DNA of 64,000 nt from a candidate division FCPU426 bacterium. GTDB lineage: Bacteria > Oederibacteriota > JAAXVQ01 > JAUVAV01. The notes under the pieces were generated by a model. The model was not told the origin of the DNA and did no database searches. It was given only the letters and a program-made list of their open reading frames with translations. Both the position numbers and the translations under genes were made by a program. The stretch covers positions 1-64,000 of the forward strand of contig JBFLYH010000003.1 of the NCBI GenBank assembly GCA_040756875.1. Direction: 5' to 3'. Of the stretch, positions 1-10,292 are shown piece after piece. Positions within the stretch are counted from its first letter, which is position 1. Every line of letters starts with the position of its first letter.

Positions 1-132
1 GCCGGCGTCTGGCGCACGCACTGGGACATCCGCGACGTGGCTCCGGGCGTCTACCTCTACCGCCTCACCCTCCTTTACCCCGCGGAAACCCGCACCTTTG
101 CCTTCAAGAAATTCGTCATCATCAAACGCTGA
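1..132 (+). CDS. 3' end of a secreted protein with FlgD-Ig/T9SS-CTD-like C-terminal domain (partial)
   Basis: Frame 1 reads AGVWRTHWDIRDVAPGVYLYRLTLLYPAETRTFAFKKFVIIKR*; WD...V.pGVY.YRL...KK.vIIK matches C-terminal sorting domains. Confidence 0.7.
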   Translation, partial: AGVWRTHWDIRDVAPGVYLYRLTLLYPAETRTFAFKKFVIIKR

Positions 133-142
133 TACCCGGAGC

Positions 143-171
143 TTGACAGCCCCTCCCGAAAACCAGACAAT
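143..171 (+). promoter_or_regulatory. Putative sigma70 promoter for pncA-pncB
   Basis: TTGACA (143-148), 17-nt spacer, GACAAT (166-171). Confidence 0.55.
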
Positions 172-183
172 ACCTCCCACGAG

Positions 184-780
184 GTGATCCCCATGTCCGC
201 CTGCTTGCAACCGTCCGATGCGCTCATCGTCGTGGATGTCCAGCGGGACTTTTTGCCCGGCGGCGCCCTGGCCGTGTCCCACGGCGATCAGATCATTCCC
301 GTCGTCAACCGATTATTGACGCGATTCTCCTGCAAGGTGTTCACGCGGGATTGGCACCCGGCCGACCATCTCAGTTTTTCGGCCCAACCGGCTTTCACGG
401 ACAAATCCTGGCCGCCGCACTGCGTGCAAAACACCCCGGGCGCGGAATTTCATCCCGATGTGCGGGCGGACTTGGCGGACCGGATTGTCAGCAAGGGGGC
501 TGATCCGAAGCAAGAAGCGTACTCGGGTTTCCAAGGAACGGACCTCGCGTCCTGGCTGCAGGCCCGCATGGTCAAACGGGTATTCGTCGCCGGCTTGGCT
601 ACGGACTATTGCGTGAAAGCCACGGCGCTGGACGCCAAAGCCGCCGGGTTTTCGGTTTTCGTGGTCACGGACGCGGTCCGCGGCGTCGATCAGCCCGCCG
701 GAAGCGCGGCTGCCGCTTTGGATGATTTGGAACAAGCGGGCGTGCGACTCACCACCAGCCAGGAAATGCTGAAAACATGA
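184..780 (+). CDS. pncA: Nicotinamidase/pyrazinamidase
   Basis: VDVQRDF, TRDWHP..H.SF, WPPHCVQ, KG, YSGF, GLATDYCV motifs. Confidence 0.93.
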   Translation: MIPMSACLQPSDALIVVDVQRDFLPGGALAVSHGDQIIPVVNRLLTRFSCKVFTRDWHPADHLSFSAQPAFTDKSWPPHCVQNTPGAEFHPDVRADLADRIVSKGADPKQEAYSGFQGTDLASWLQARMVKRVFVAGLATDYCVKATALDAKAAGFSVFVVTDAVRGVDQPAGSAAAALDDLEQAGVRLTTSQEMLKT

Positions 781-2258
781 ACTCCGCCCGCCGTACGGAC
801 AATACGATGGCCGACGACCCGGCCAGCCGCTGGCAGCGGCGCGAAGGCATGGCCCTGCTGACGGATTTCTACGAACTCACCATGCTTTCCGGCTATCTCA
901 AACACGGCCTGGCCGAGCGCCGGGTGGCCTTCGAATATTTCTTCCGCACGCTGCCGCCGCATACCGGTTTCGTCCTCAGCGCCGGATTGGATTCCTTCCT
1001 CTCCTACCTGGAGCATCTGCGCTTTTCGGATGCAGATCTTGCCTATCTGGAAAGCCTCCGGTTTTTCGACCGCGCCACCCTGGATTATCTGGCGGCTTTC
1101 AAGCCGGACCTTGAGATCCACGCCGTGGCCGAGGGCACGCCCGTGTTTCCCCACGAACCCGTGGTGCGCGTGGTGGGGCCCCTGCCCCACGCCCAGTTGG
1201 TGGAGGCATTTCTGCTAAACGCCCTCAACTACCAATCTTTGATCGCGACCAAAACCGCCCGCATCTGTCTTGCCGCCCAGGGCGAACCGGTAATGGAATT
1301 CGGACTGCGCCGCGCCCAGGGGCCGGACGGGAGCCTCAGCGGAAGCCGTGCGGCCTATATCGGCGGCGCCGTGGCCACCAGCAATGTGCTGGCCGGACGT
1401 CTCTTCGGCATTCCGGTCCGGGGCACCCACGCGCATTCCTGGGTCATGAGCTTTCCCGGGGAGAAGGAGGCGTTCGAGGCCTTCGCCGATTCCTTTCCCC
1501 AAGGGTGCGTCCTGTTGGTGGATACCTATCATCCCTTGAAAAGCGGTGTGCCCAACGCCATTCAGGTCTTCAAGGCCCGGCCCCAGGTCCCGCCGGCCAT
1601 CCGCCTGGATTCCGGGGATCTGGCCAAACTTTCCAAAGCCGCCTACCGCCTGTTCTGCCAGGCCGGCCTGCCGGACGTCCGCATTGTGGGCACCAATGAC
1701 CTGGACGAGGATTTGATCGCAGATCTCAAGCGGCAGGGGGCCAAGATCAACACCTGGGCCGTGGGCACCCATTTGATTACCTCCAAGGACCATCCGGCGC
1801 TGGACGGCGTTTACAAACTGGTGGCCCTTGAAAAGGACGGGCAATGGTTGCCCCGACTGAAGTTATCCGGCAATCCGGAAAAAACCACAGATCCCGGATT
1901 GAAGCGGCCGCTGCGCTGTTACAACAGCGACCGCCAACCACTGGGCGATATCCTGCTCGCTGAAACAGAGCCCATGCCAGCCGGATCGGATTTAAGATCC
2001 TATGACCGCCGCTTCCTCATGCCCAAGCAGCTTGCGCAGGTCGCCTTCACGGAGGAATTGTTGCATCCGGTTTTCGTCCAGGGCCGGCGCGTGGCTCCGG
2101 CTCTGCCGGCGGCGGATATCCGCGCCCGCGCGCAAACGGCGCTGGCGGCTTTTCCCGAGGAATACCTGCGGCTGAGAAATCCGGAGATTTATTGGCTGGG
2201 CCTGTCGGAAATGCTCGCGAAAACCAAACAAGAGGCGCTGCGGGCGGTGGGTGATTAA
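777..2258 (+). CDS. pncB: Nicotinate phosphoribosyltransferase
   Basis: LLTDFYELTM, EFGLRRAQG, GTHAHSWV, LVDTY, IRLDSGDL, GVYKLV motifs; ATGA overlap with pncA. Confidence 0.95.
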   Translation: MNSARRTDNTMADDPASRWQRREGMALLTDFYELTMLSGYLKHGLAERRVAFEYFFRTLPPHTGFVLSAGLDSFLSYLEHLRFSDADLAYLESLRFFDRATLDYLAAFKPDLEIHAVAEGTPVFPHEPVVRVVGPLPHAQLVEAFLLNALNYQSLIATKTARICLAAQGEPVMEFGLRRAQGPDGSLSGSRAAYIGGAVATSNVLAGRLFGIPVRGTHAHSWVMSFPGEKEAFEAFADSFPQGCVLLVDTYHPLKSGVPNAIQVFKARPQVPPAIRLDSGDLAKLSKAAYRLFCQAGLPDVRIVGTNDLDEDLIADLKRQGAKINTWAVGTHLITSKDHPALDGVYKLVALEKDGQWLPRLKLSGNPEKTTDPGLKRPLRCYNSDRQPLGDILLAETEPMPAGSDLRSYDRRFLMPKQLAQVAFTEELLHPVFVQGRRVAPALPAADIRARAQTALAAFPEEYLRLRNPEIYWLGLSEMLAKTKQEALRAVGD

Positions 2259-3376
2259 CGGTTTTCGGCGCCCTGAGGCGCCGGTCCTTTCGGCAGCAGG
2301 ATCGTAAAACGACTTCCCTGCCCCAAACGGCTTTGGAGTGAAATCCGGCCGCCGTGCTGTTCCACCACGGTTTTAACGGTCCGCAATCCCAACCCCACGC
2401 CTTCGGTCTGCCGGGTATGGTTGCCCGGCACCCGGTAAAACGGTTCAAAAATTCGTTTTTGTTCCTCTTCGGGAATACCGATCCCGGTGTCTTCCACGCG
2501 GAATTCCACCAGATCCTGGCTCGTTTCCAAACGCACGCTGACGCGCACTTCGCCCTGCTCGGTGTACTTGAGGGCATTGACCAGCAAATTGCTGATCATT
2601 TGTTCCATCCGCTCTTCATTGCCCGCCAAGGTGCAGTCGCCGTCGGCCGGGGACTCATTGATCAGCGAGAGGCCCTTGGTTTTCGCCTGGGGCGCCAGCG
2701 CCGCGCAGACGCGTTCCAGCACCATCCGCAAATCCACCAGATGGCTGTGGGGCGGGCCGGGTACGAATTCCAGTTTCCCCATTTCCATGGTGGAATTGAT
2801 CAAAGTGGCCAGACGTTGGGCGTTGCGGTGGGCAACTCCGAGATACTCGCGATCCTGGGCAGTCATATTCCGCGACTTGTCCAGCAATTGCAAAAAACAC
2901 AGCACGTTGGTCATCGGACTCCGGAGTTCATGGGACATGCTCAACATAAAATGGCGCCGTCCCTCTTCCGTTTTTTTGAATTCCGTCAAATCCGTCATTA
3001 TGCCCAATCCCGTCTCCTGGCCGGGCAGCAGCATGGCCGTAAATACGGCCATGCGCCGTTCGCCTTGATGCGTCGTGTAGGAGACCTCCCAGGGACCTGC
3101 CTGCCTTTTTTCCAGCAGTATTTTCCTGGCGTCATGGGCCTTTTTCACCAGGCGGGGCGAGGTCAATTTCAGCCAGGATACTTTTCCCGCCGCCAGGTCA
3201 GCGGCCGTGTATTCCATCAGTTTTAAAAAACGGTCGTTGGCCGCAACGATTCTCCCGCTCATTTCGAATACGAATACACCCACGATCTGGGATTGAAACA
3301 ACAGCTGCCACATGGCTTCCGCCGGAGGGATGGGCGGAAGCTGCGTCTGGCTGGCCTTCACTTTTTCCTTGTCCAT
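2255..3376 (-). CDS. Cytoplasmic PAS-domain sensor histidine kinase (orphan in window)
   Basis: PAS (GRIVAANDRF), H-box SHELRSPM, N-box NLLVNALKYT, G1 VEDTGIGI, F-box IFEPFYR, G2 GVGLGL; start at ATG 3376 avoids overlap with the NYN gene. Confidence 0.9.
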   Translation of the reverse strand: MDKEKVKASQTQLPPIPPAEAMWQLLFQSQIVGVFVFEMSGRIVAANDRFLKLMEYTAADLAAGKVSWLKLTSPRLVKKAHDARKILLEKRQAGPWEVSYTTHQGERRMAVFTAMLLPGQETGLGIMTDLTEFKKTEEGRRHFMLSMSHELRSPMTNVLCFLQLLDKSRNMTAQDREYLGVAHRNAQRLATLINSTMEMGKLEFVPGPPHSHLVDLRMVLERVCAALAPQAKTKGLSLINESPADGDCTLAGNEERMEQMISNLLVNALKYTEQGEVRVSVRLETSQDLVEFRVEDTGIGIPEEEQKRIFEPFYRVPGNHTRQTEGVGLGLRTVKTVVEQHGGRISLQSRLGQGSRFTILLPKGPAPQGAENR

Positions 3377-3396
3377 GGCATTCGCCCCTGTTGGGT

Positions 3397-3927
3397 TCAC
3401 CACAGCGTCCGCGTTCGGCGCTGTTGTTTGGATGCCCGGCGGGGGTTCCCTTTTTTCCGGGTATGTCCGACCCAGCCGTTTTCCTCGCGTTTGCCGTGCC
3501 AAAATTCAGGTGAAGCGGGCACGCCGCGGGAATCCCGCGTTATCCTGAGCAATTGCTCCGGAGGCAGGATGCCTACCTGGCGCGTGCGGCAGGCCATCGC
3601 CAGGCTGCGGTCGGCAGTGACCACGACCCACCCGGACTGATGGCCCGACGCGGCTTGGGTCATGCCGAGAATGACGTCGTCGGCGGATTCCCCCCGTGCC
3701 GAAAAAACGACTTCAATGCCTTCGCGCTGGGAGCGTTGGCGGAAAGGCCGGTCGCCGCCGGCGCCGTCGAAGACCACCGTGATGCGATGGGCGGTCCCCC
3801 GCCGGTAACGGGCCAAGTGGCGGATCAAGGTTTCCTGAGCCCCGAGAAAATTCGCCCGTTCGATCCGCGACAATTCCGGATCGCGCCGGATGACATTGAA
3901 TCCGTCGACCACCAGGTGTTTGGCCAT
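3397..3927 (-). CDS. NYN-domain protein, YacP/Rae1-like endoribonuclease
   Basis: LVVDGFNV, ITVVFDG, ESADDVI, VVVTADRSL acidic motifs. Confidence 0.85.
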   Translation of the reverse strand: MAKHLVVDGFNVIRRDPELSRIERANFLGAQETLIRHLARYRRGTAHRITVVFDGAGGDRPFRQRSQREGIEVVFSARGESADDVILGMTQAASGHQSGWVVVTADRSLAMACRTRQVGILPPEQLLRITRDSRGVPASPEFWHGKREENGWVGHTRKKGNPRRASKQQRRTRTLW

Positions 3928-3940
3928 GCTCCGCCCTCGA

Positions 3941-3980
3941 AAAAAATAAAAACCGGGGCCCGCAGATCCGGGCCCCGGTT
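3941..3980 (-). terminator. Intrinsic terminator after OMP gene
   Basis: AACCGGGGCCCG/CGGGCCCCGGTT hairpin followed by U-tract on minus strand. Confidence 0.8.
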
Positions 3981-4000
3981 GAATGCTTGCCGCCGCTCTC

Positions 4001-4885
4001 CTACAAGCTGAATTGCAGGCTCAACCCGCCCAGAACCCGCCAGTCGGCCACAGGTGCGTAGGCGGGCCAGTCGTCCTTGCTGCTCAACGGAATCTCCACG
4101 CCCAGTTTGGCTTTCAAGGGGCCGGCATGCATGCGGACTCCCGGAACCACGGAAAGCAGCGTGCCCGAGGAGCCGGACACCGCCGCCCCGGCTTCCTTCG
4201 CTTCCGCATAGTTCGCAGCCAAGAGCTCGGCGTGCAGCGAAAACATATCCCCTGCAGGCACTTCCACGCCCACGGCAAAATGGATGGCATCACCCGGCTT
4301 GATTTTAACGCCCTGGTCGCCCGTAATCACCGGCAGGCCTGAAACCGGATCGATCGTAACCGTGTCGATCTTGATTTCGTATTCAGCCCGGTACCGGTAG
4401 CCGAGATTGGCATGCACCTTCAAGACCCCCGCGTCCACTCCGACGGCCACAAAAGGATCCAGATTCAACCCTTCGCCCAGCAGCTTCGCAGGATCGCCGG
4501 TGGGCAAGGTCGTGTCCAAACCCAAGGCAAAGCTGAAAACCGGAAGCGTCAGCAATCCGGTTTTTAGCATGACGTCGATATCCTTGATTCCGCTGAAGCT
4601 CTCATTGCCGACGCTCTCTTTGACCGTGCCGTAGGGCAGGGTGAGCTTGGCTTCGAGAATGGGAATGCCGGCGCGCACAAACACCGGAATATCCGTCAAG
4701 GTTTGCTCGGAAGCCGTCACTCCGCCGCTTTCCACCTTGGTATAGGCATAATCCACATCCGCGCCGACCTCAATGCCGGCCATGCCCGTCACATTAGCGG
4801 CCTGTTCAAAGGAGATCGGCTCCGCTCCGGCCAGCAGCGGCATGAAAAGACAAGCCAGGACAACCATTCCGATTTTCGCTTTCAA
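4001..4885 (-). CDS. Putative outer-membrane beta-barrel protein
   Basis: SD GGGAGG before TTG; signal peptide MKAKIGMVVLACLFMPLLAGA; LPTGD motif; amphipathic strands; C-terminus LGGLSLQFSL. Confidence 0.65.
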   Translation of the reverse strand: MKAKIGMVVLACLFMPLLAGAEPISFEQAANVTGMAGIEVGADVDYAYTKVESGGVTASEQTLTDIPVFVRAGIPILEAKLTLPYGTVKESVGNESFSGIKDIDVMLKTGLLTLPVFSFALGLDTTLPTGDPAKLLGEGLNLDPFVAVGVDAGVLKVHANLGYRYRAEYEIKIDTVTIDPVSGLPVITGDQGVKIKPGDAIHFAVGVEVPAGDMFSLHAELLAANYAEAKEAGAAVSGSSGTLLSVVPGVRMHAGPLKAKLGVEIPLSSKDDWPAYAPVADWRVLGGLSLQFSL

Positions 4886-5007
4886 GAACAACACCTCCCA
4901 TGGCGTTCGCGCCAAAATGTTTGACCCCGCAGCCTTTTAAGTTTATCCTCTCTCCGCCGCGGATTCAAGCCGAAAACGCCGGCAACAACCGCCTGACGCT
5001 TTCGTCC

Positions 5008-5046
5008 AAAAAAAATCCCCGTCCGGCGCCACGGCCGGACGGGGAT
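5008..5046 (-). terminator. Intrinsic terminator after rplL
   Basis: ATCCCCGTCCGGC/GCCGGACGGGGAT hairpin plus U8. Confidence 0.88.
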
Positions 5047-5063
5047 GGCAAGAATGCCTGCAG

Positions 5064-5453
5064 TTATTTCACTTCGATGACTGCGCCGGCTTCCTCGAGC
5101 TTCGCCTTGAGCGTATCGGCTTCCTGCTTGCTGACGCCTTCCTTCACCGGTTTGGGGGCCGAATCGACCAGGTCCTTGGCTTCCTTCAAACCCAAGCCGG
5201 TCAGTTCCCGCACCACCTTGATGACCTGGATCTTCTTGTCTCCGGCCGTGCTCAGGATGACGTCGAAGGACGTCTTCTCGGCTGCTTCACCGCCCGCAGC
5301 GGCGCCTCCGGCCATGGGCATCATCCCGCCCATCATGACCGGGGCAGCGGCGGTCACGCCGAACTTCTCTTCCATCGCCTTCACCAGTTCGGACACTTCC
5401 AAAACCGTCATGTTGCTGATCGCTTCGATAATCTGGTCTTTCGTGACTGACAT
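5064..5453 (-). CDS. rplL: 50S ribosomal protein L7/L12
   Basis: [38 protein letters not shown]. Confidence 0.99.
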   Translation of the reverse strand: MSVTKDQIIEAISNMTVLEVSELVKAMEEKFGVTAAAPVMMGGMMPMAGGAAAGGEAAEKTSFDVILSTAGDKKIQVIKVVRELTGLGLKEAKDLVDSAPKPVKEGVSKQEADTLKAKLEEAGAVIEVK

Positions 5454-5507
5454 GTCTTCTCCTCCTTAGAGAATGGATTCCGATTGTAGCGCCGGCCCGA
5501 CCGGTGG

Positions 5508-6041
5508 TCAGGCGGCTTTTTTCTCTTTCTCCGTTTTCACGGCTTGCAACGCATAAATCAATTTGCGGGTCGTGCCCTGGAATACGGACAGCAAGTTCCG
5601 CAAGGGCGACTGCAATCCCGAAACCAGCATGGTCAGCAGCACTTCGCGCGACGGCAGGTCGGCGATGGCCTTGAGACCTTCAACCGACAGCAGCTTGCCG
5701 TCCATAAACGCGGCTCTGACCACCAGCAGTTCATTCTGCTTCGCGTACTCCAACAGGGTTTTAGAGGACGCGCTGATGTCTTCTCCCAGAAAACCGACGG
5801 CCAACGGGCCCTTCAAAAACGGCACCATGGCCTCCATGCCGACTTCCTGGAACAGCTTCTTGGACAAGCTGTTCTTCACGACCTTGAGTTTGACGCCCGC
5901 CTTGCGCAACCGGGCGCGGAGATCCGTCATCTGTTCCACGGTAATGCCCCGAAACTCGGTCAGCACCACGTTGCGGTTTTCCTTGAGCACCTCCCGCATC
6001 TTTTCCAGCACCAGGCTTTTTTTGGCTTTATTCGTTGCCAT
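5508..6041 (-). CDS. rplJ: 50S ribosomal protein L10
   Basis: FRGITVEQMTDLR, KVVKNSL, LPSREVLL; ATG 6041 after SD. Confidence 0.97.
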   Translation of the reverse strand: MATNKAKKSLVLEKMREVLKENRNVVLTEFRGITVEQMTDLRARLRKAGVKLKVVKNSLSKKLFQEVGMEAMVPFLKGPLAVGFLGEDISASSKTLLEYAKQNELLVVRAAFMDGKLLSVEGLKAIADLPSREVLLTMLVSGLQSPLRNLLSVFQGTTRKLIYALQAVKTEKEKKAA

Positions 6042-6125
6042 AACACCACCTGCCTTCGTCAGGCGCTTTTTCTGCGCCGAATGTGCGCTTGGCCGCCATC
6101 CCAAGCACAAGAAACCTCAGCAAAT

Positions 6126-6275
6126 AAAAAACCCCGGCCTCACCGCGGCCGGGGTTTTCACGCGCAAAGACACGAATCAACGAGTCGTCTGCTGTGATAA
6201 ACGCCCGATCTCGGTGGGCTGTCCCGCCAGGCGGGCGGGACATTTACACCCCGTGAGGGGTACCTACGGTCATTG
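6126..6275 (-). promoter_or_regulatory. L10 leader (L10/L12 autoregulation) with attenuator hairpin
   Basis: Minus strand GACCGTAGG...AAAT...CCCACCGAG between rplA and rplJ, then hairpin AAAACCCCGGCC/GGCCGGGGTTTT with U-tract at 6126-6158. Confidence 0.75.
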
Positions 6276-6292
6276 ATCGGTGGAGCTCGCTC

Positions 6293-6991
6293 TTACTTCG
6301 TCGAAAATTGGGCCAAATCCAGCTTCAAACCAGGTCCCATGGTGGTGGAAACCGACACGCTGCGCATATACTGGCCCTTGGCGCCGGATGGCTTGGCCCG
6401 CAGCACGGATTCCACGGCATATTTGACGTTTTCCGCCAGTTTCTCGGGCCCGAAGGAAACCTTGCCGGCCCCAAAGTGAACCAGGCCTTCGTTGTTGACG
6501 CGAAATTCCAACCGGCCGGCCTTGACTTCCTTGATGGCCTGGGTAACGTTCTGCGTCACCGTGCCGGCCTTGGGATTGGGCATCAAGCCTTTGGTTCCGA
6601 GGATCTTGCCCAGCTTGGCCATGTCCCTCATCACGTCCGGCGTGGCGACCACGACATCAAAATCCAGCCAGCCTTCCTGGACTTTGGCGATCATATCTTC
6701 GAACCCGGCGAAATCCGCGCCCGCGGACAAGGCTTCCTGGATCTTTTCGCCCTTCGCGACCACCAGAATGCGCTTGGATTTTCCGGTCCCGTGGGGCAAC
6801 ACCATGGTGCCGCGCACTTGTTGATCCGCTTTCTTGGGATTCACACCCAGGCGGATGGCCACATCCACCGTCTCGTCGAACTTGGTCTTGGCCGCGGAAT
6901 GCAACACCGTCATGGCCTCGTTCACGGAATACGCCTTCGACCGGTCGACCAATTTCAAATTCGCCTGATGCCGTTTGCTGCTTTTATGCAT
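6293..6991 (-). CDS. rplA: 50S ribosomal protein L1
   Basis: KFDETVDVAIRLGV, LPHGTGK, GLMPNPKAGTVT, STTMGPG. Confidence 0.99.
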   Translation of the reverse strand: MHKSSKRHQANLKLVDRSKAYSVNEAMTVLHSAAKTKFDETVDVAIRLGVNPKKADQQVRGTMVLPHGTGKSKRILVVAKGEKIQEALSAGADFAGFEDMIAKVQEGWLDFDVVVATPDVMRDMAKLGKILGTKGLMPNPKAGTVTQNVTQAIKEVKAGRLEFRVNNEGLVHFGAGKVSFGPEKLAENVKYAVESVLRAKPSGAKGQYMRSVSVSTTMGPGLKLDLAQFSTK

Positions 6992-7003
6992 TTGCTTCCT
7001 CCT

Positions 7004-7044
7004 GTGGTCCTAGCGGGCCCGGGCAGATTCCCAGGTCCTCCCAC
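7004..7044 (-). promoter_or_regulatory. Putative L1-binding mRNA site before rplA
   Basis: Minus strand GTGGGAG...GACCAC hairpin next to the rplA SD. Confidence 0.6.
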
Positions 7045-7061
7045 GAAATCCCGCGAAATCG

Positions 7062-7089
7062 GCAGGGGCGTTCAATTGAACGCCCTTAC
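7062..7089. repeat. REP-like palindrome copy 1
   Basis: GCAGGGGCGTTCAATTGAACGCCCTTAC; 27/28 identical to 15630-15657. Confidence 0.8.
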
Positions 7090-7100
7090 TATCTCGGGCA

Positions 7101-7526
7101 TTAATTTTCGATCGTGATCCCCATGCTGCGGGCCGTGCCTTCCACCATGCGCATGGCCGCTTCCAGGCTGCCCGCGTTGAGGTCCGCCATCTTCAACTCG
7201 GCAATGGCCTTGACCGCCGAACGTTTCACTGAACCGATGACCTGCCGGCCGGGCGTTTGGCTCGCTTTGGCCAAGTTGGCTTCACGTTTCAACAACACCG
7301 AGGCAGGCGGAGTCTTGCAGATGAACGAGAAGGACCGGTCCGTGTAAACGGTGATCACCACCGGAATGATCAGGCCTTCCTGGCTCTGAGTCTGGGCGTT
7401 GAATGCCTTGCAGAACTCCATGATGTTGACGCCAGCCTGCCCCAACGCCGGCCCGACGGGCGGGGCGGGATTGGCCTTGCCGGCCGGCACCTGCAGTTTG
7501 ACTACGGATTTGACTTGCTTGGCCAT
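7101..7526 (-). CDS. rplK: 50S ribosomal protein L11
   Basis: [27 protein letters not shown]. Confidence 0.99.
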   Translation of the reverse strand: MAKQVKSVVKLQVPAGKANPAPPVGPALGQAGVNIMEFCKAFNAQTQSQEGLIIPVVITVYTDRSFSFICKTPPASVLLKREANLAKASQTPGRQVIGSVKRSAVKAIAELKMADLNAGSLEAAMRMVEGTARSMGITIEN

Positions 7527-7538
7527 AAGCGTTCTCCT

Positions 7539-8069
7539 TTAATCCTTTTCCACCTGCACGAATTCCAACTCCACCGGCGTCTGGCGCCCGAAGATGGAGA
7601 CCATGACCTTGAGTTTTCCGCGTTCGAGGTTCATTTCCTCGACCACGCCCGTAAAATTGGTGAACGGCCCGTCGATGACTTTTACGCGTTCGCCGATCTC
7701 GAAGCTGACTTTGGGTTTGGGCTTGGATTTGGCGCCTTCCATTTGGCCCAAAATGCTCTCGATCTCCTCTTCGGTGAGGGGGATCGGTTTGTTGCCCGAA
7801 CCGACGAATCCCGTGACCTTGGGCGTATTGCGGACCACGTACCAGGCTTCGTCGTCGATTTCCATTTCCACCAGCACGTATCCGGGGAAAAAGCGTTTGG
7901 TGGAAATCTTCTTTTTTCCTCCCCGGATCTCCGACACTTCCTCGGAAGGCACCAGGACGCGGAAAATCCGGTCTTCCATGCCCATGGACTTGATGCGCTG
8001 CTCCAGGTTGGTCTTGACCTTGTTTTCGTTTCCTGAGTAGGTGTTAACCACGTACCACTTGGCTGCCAC
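7539..8069 (-). CDS. nusG: Transcription factor NusG
   Basis: WYVVNTYSGNE, FPGYVLVEM, KOW DGPF, FGRQTPVEL. Confidence 0.99.
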   Translation of the reverse strand: MAAKWYVVNTYSGNENKVKTNLEQRIKSMGMEDRIFRVLVPSEEVSEIRGGKKKISTKRFFPGYVLVEMEIDDEAWYVVRNTPKVTGFVGSGNKPIPLTEEEIESILGQMEGAKSKPKPKVSFEIGERVKVIDGPFTNFTGVVEEMNLERGKLKVMVSIFGRQTPVELEFVQVEKD

Positions 8070-8081
8070 GGCGCTCCCTCG

Positions 8082-8264
8082 TTAAACCAGCATCCTGACC
8101 AGCAAGGCCAGGACAAAATCAAACAAAGCGATGAAAACCATCAAAATACCGACCACCACGACCACGACCAGCGTCGAACCCAGTATTTCCTTGCGGGTCG
8201 GCCAAGTCACCCGTTTAAGCTCCGCAACCGACTCCCTCAAGAACGTCATCATTCTCTCGAACAT
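8082..8264 (-). CDS. secE: Preprotein translocase SecE
   Basis: ELKRVTWPTRKE plus single TM helix. Confidence 0.97.
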   Translation of the reverse strand: MFERMMTFLRESVAELKRVTWPTRKEILGSTLVVVVVVGILMVFIALFDFVLALLVRMLV

Positions 8265-8306
8265 CGTTCAACCTCGGAGGACGGAATATTTTAATCCGGA
8301 ACAGAA

Positions 8307-8416
8307 GATCAGGTGAGCAGGTGACCGCAGTTGAGCCTGCCCTGGCCTTTCCGGCTACTGTTCTCCTGATCGACTGCTCAACTGCTCCAAAAATTCGCCC
8401 TTCAGGGCGATTTTTT
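8307..8416 (-). repeat. tRNA-trailer structured repeat, copy after tRNA-Trp
   Basis: GAGCAGGT/GAGCAGTT-like 8-mers inverted against ACTGCTC units, plus AAAAATTCGCC/GGCGATTTTT hairpin abutting the CCA. Confidence 0.75.
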
Positions 8417-8493
8417 TGGCAGGCCAGGCTGGATTCGAACCAGCAACACCCGGTTTTGGAGACCGGTGCTCTAGCCGTTGGAGCTACTGGCCT
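8417..8493 (-). tRNA. tRNA-Trp (CCA)
   Basis: Cloverleaf AGGCCAG...CCGGT-CTCCAAA-ACCGG...TTCGAAT...CTGGCCTGCCA. Confidence 0.97.
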
Positions 8494-8557
8494 AATTTTC
8501 GCTTCGCGAAAATTCGAAACGACCGCGGGGAACGCGGATCGCCGCGCTCCCCACGAC

Positions 8558-8707
8558 CTATTTCGTTTCCTTGTGGAGGGTATGTTTCCCGCAGAAACGG
8601 CAGAACTTCTTCAGAGACAGTTTCTCCGGACTTTTCCGTTTGTCTTTCTTGCTGATGTACGTGCGGCGCTTGCAGTCGCCACAGCTCAAATAAATGATTT
8701 CCCGCAT
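8558..8707 (-). CDS. rpmG: 50S ribosomal protein L33 (zinc-binding form; not in ORF track)
   Basis: MREIIYLSCGDCKRRTYISKKDKRKSPEKLSLKKFCRFCGKHTLHKETK*. Confidence 0.96.
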   Translation of the reverse strand: MREIIYLSCGDCKRRTYISKKDKRKSPEKLSLKKFCRFCGKHTLHKETK

Positions 8708-8725
8708 ACATTCACCGCTCTTCGT

Positions 8726-9928
<1,203 letters not shown>

Positions 9929-9989
9929 GGAGTTGCCCTCCTTGAAAATTAAATCCTGCAAAATAGAAATTTAGCCCGAGTCGAAAATT

Positions 9990-10087
9990 GAGCAAATTGA
10001 GCAAGTTGACGGCCATTGAGCTTGTTCTATTTGCTCAATTCTCTATTTGCACAATTGCTCCAAAATTCCGCCATCGGCGAAATTTTC
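9990..10087 (-). repeat. tRNA-trailer structured repeat, copy after tRNA-Thr(GGU)
   Basis: GAGCAAATT/GAGCAAGTT units versus ATTGCTC units, plus AAAATTCCGCC/GGCGAAATTTT hairpin. Confidence 0.7.
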
Positions 10088-10163
10088 TGGAGCCCAAGAC
10101 CGGGATTGAACCGGTGACCCCGTCCTTACCAAGGACGTGCTCTACCGACTGAGCTACCTGGGC
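10088..10163 (-). tRNA. tRNA-Thr (GGT)
   Basis: GCCCAGG...GTCC-TTGGTAA-GGAC...TTCAAT...CTTGGGCTCCA. Confidence 0.97.
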
Positions 10164-10200
10164 GTGTAAAACCAGCTTTTTTGAGACACAGAGGAAAATG

Positions 10201-10229
10201 AGGATAACAAAAGGCTTTTATCCTGTCAA
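10201..10229 (-). promoter_or_regulatory. sigma70 promoter for tRNA-Thr(GGU)-tuf
   Basis: Minus strand TTGACA, 17 nt, TATCCT with TGn extended -10. Confidence 0.7.
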
Positions 10230-10292
10230 CCCTTTTTTCGAGAATTGCATTTCCTTCAGCGACAAGAATACCCTTATATTATAAGCGTATTT

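Noticed and set aside
8484-8711. 75-aa ORF from the track
   Set aside because: Wrong frame; the real gene is rpmG at 8558-8707
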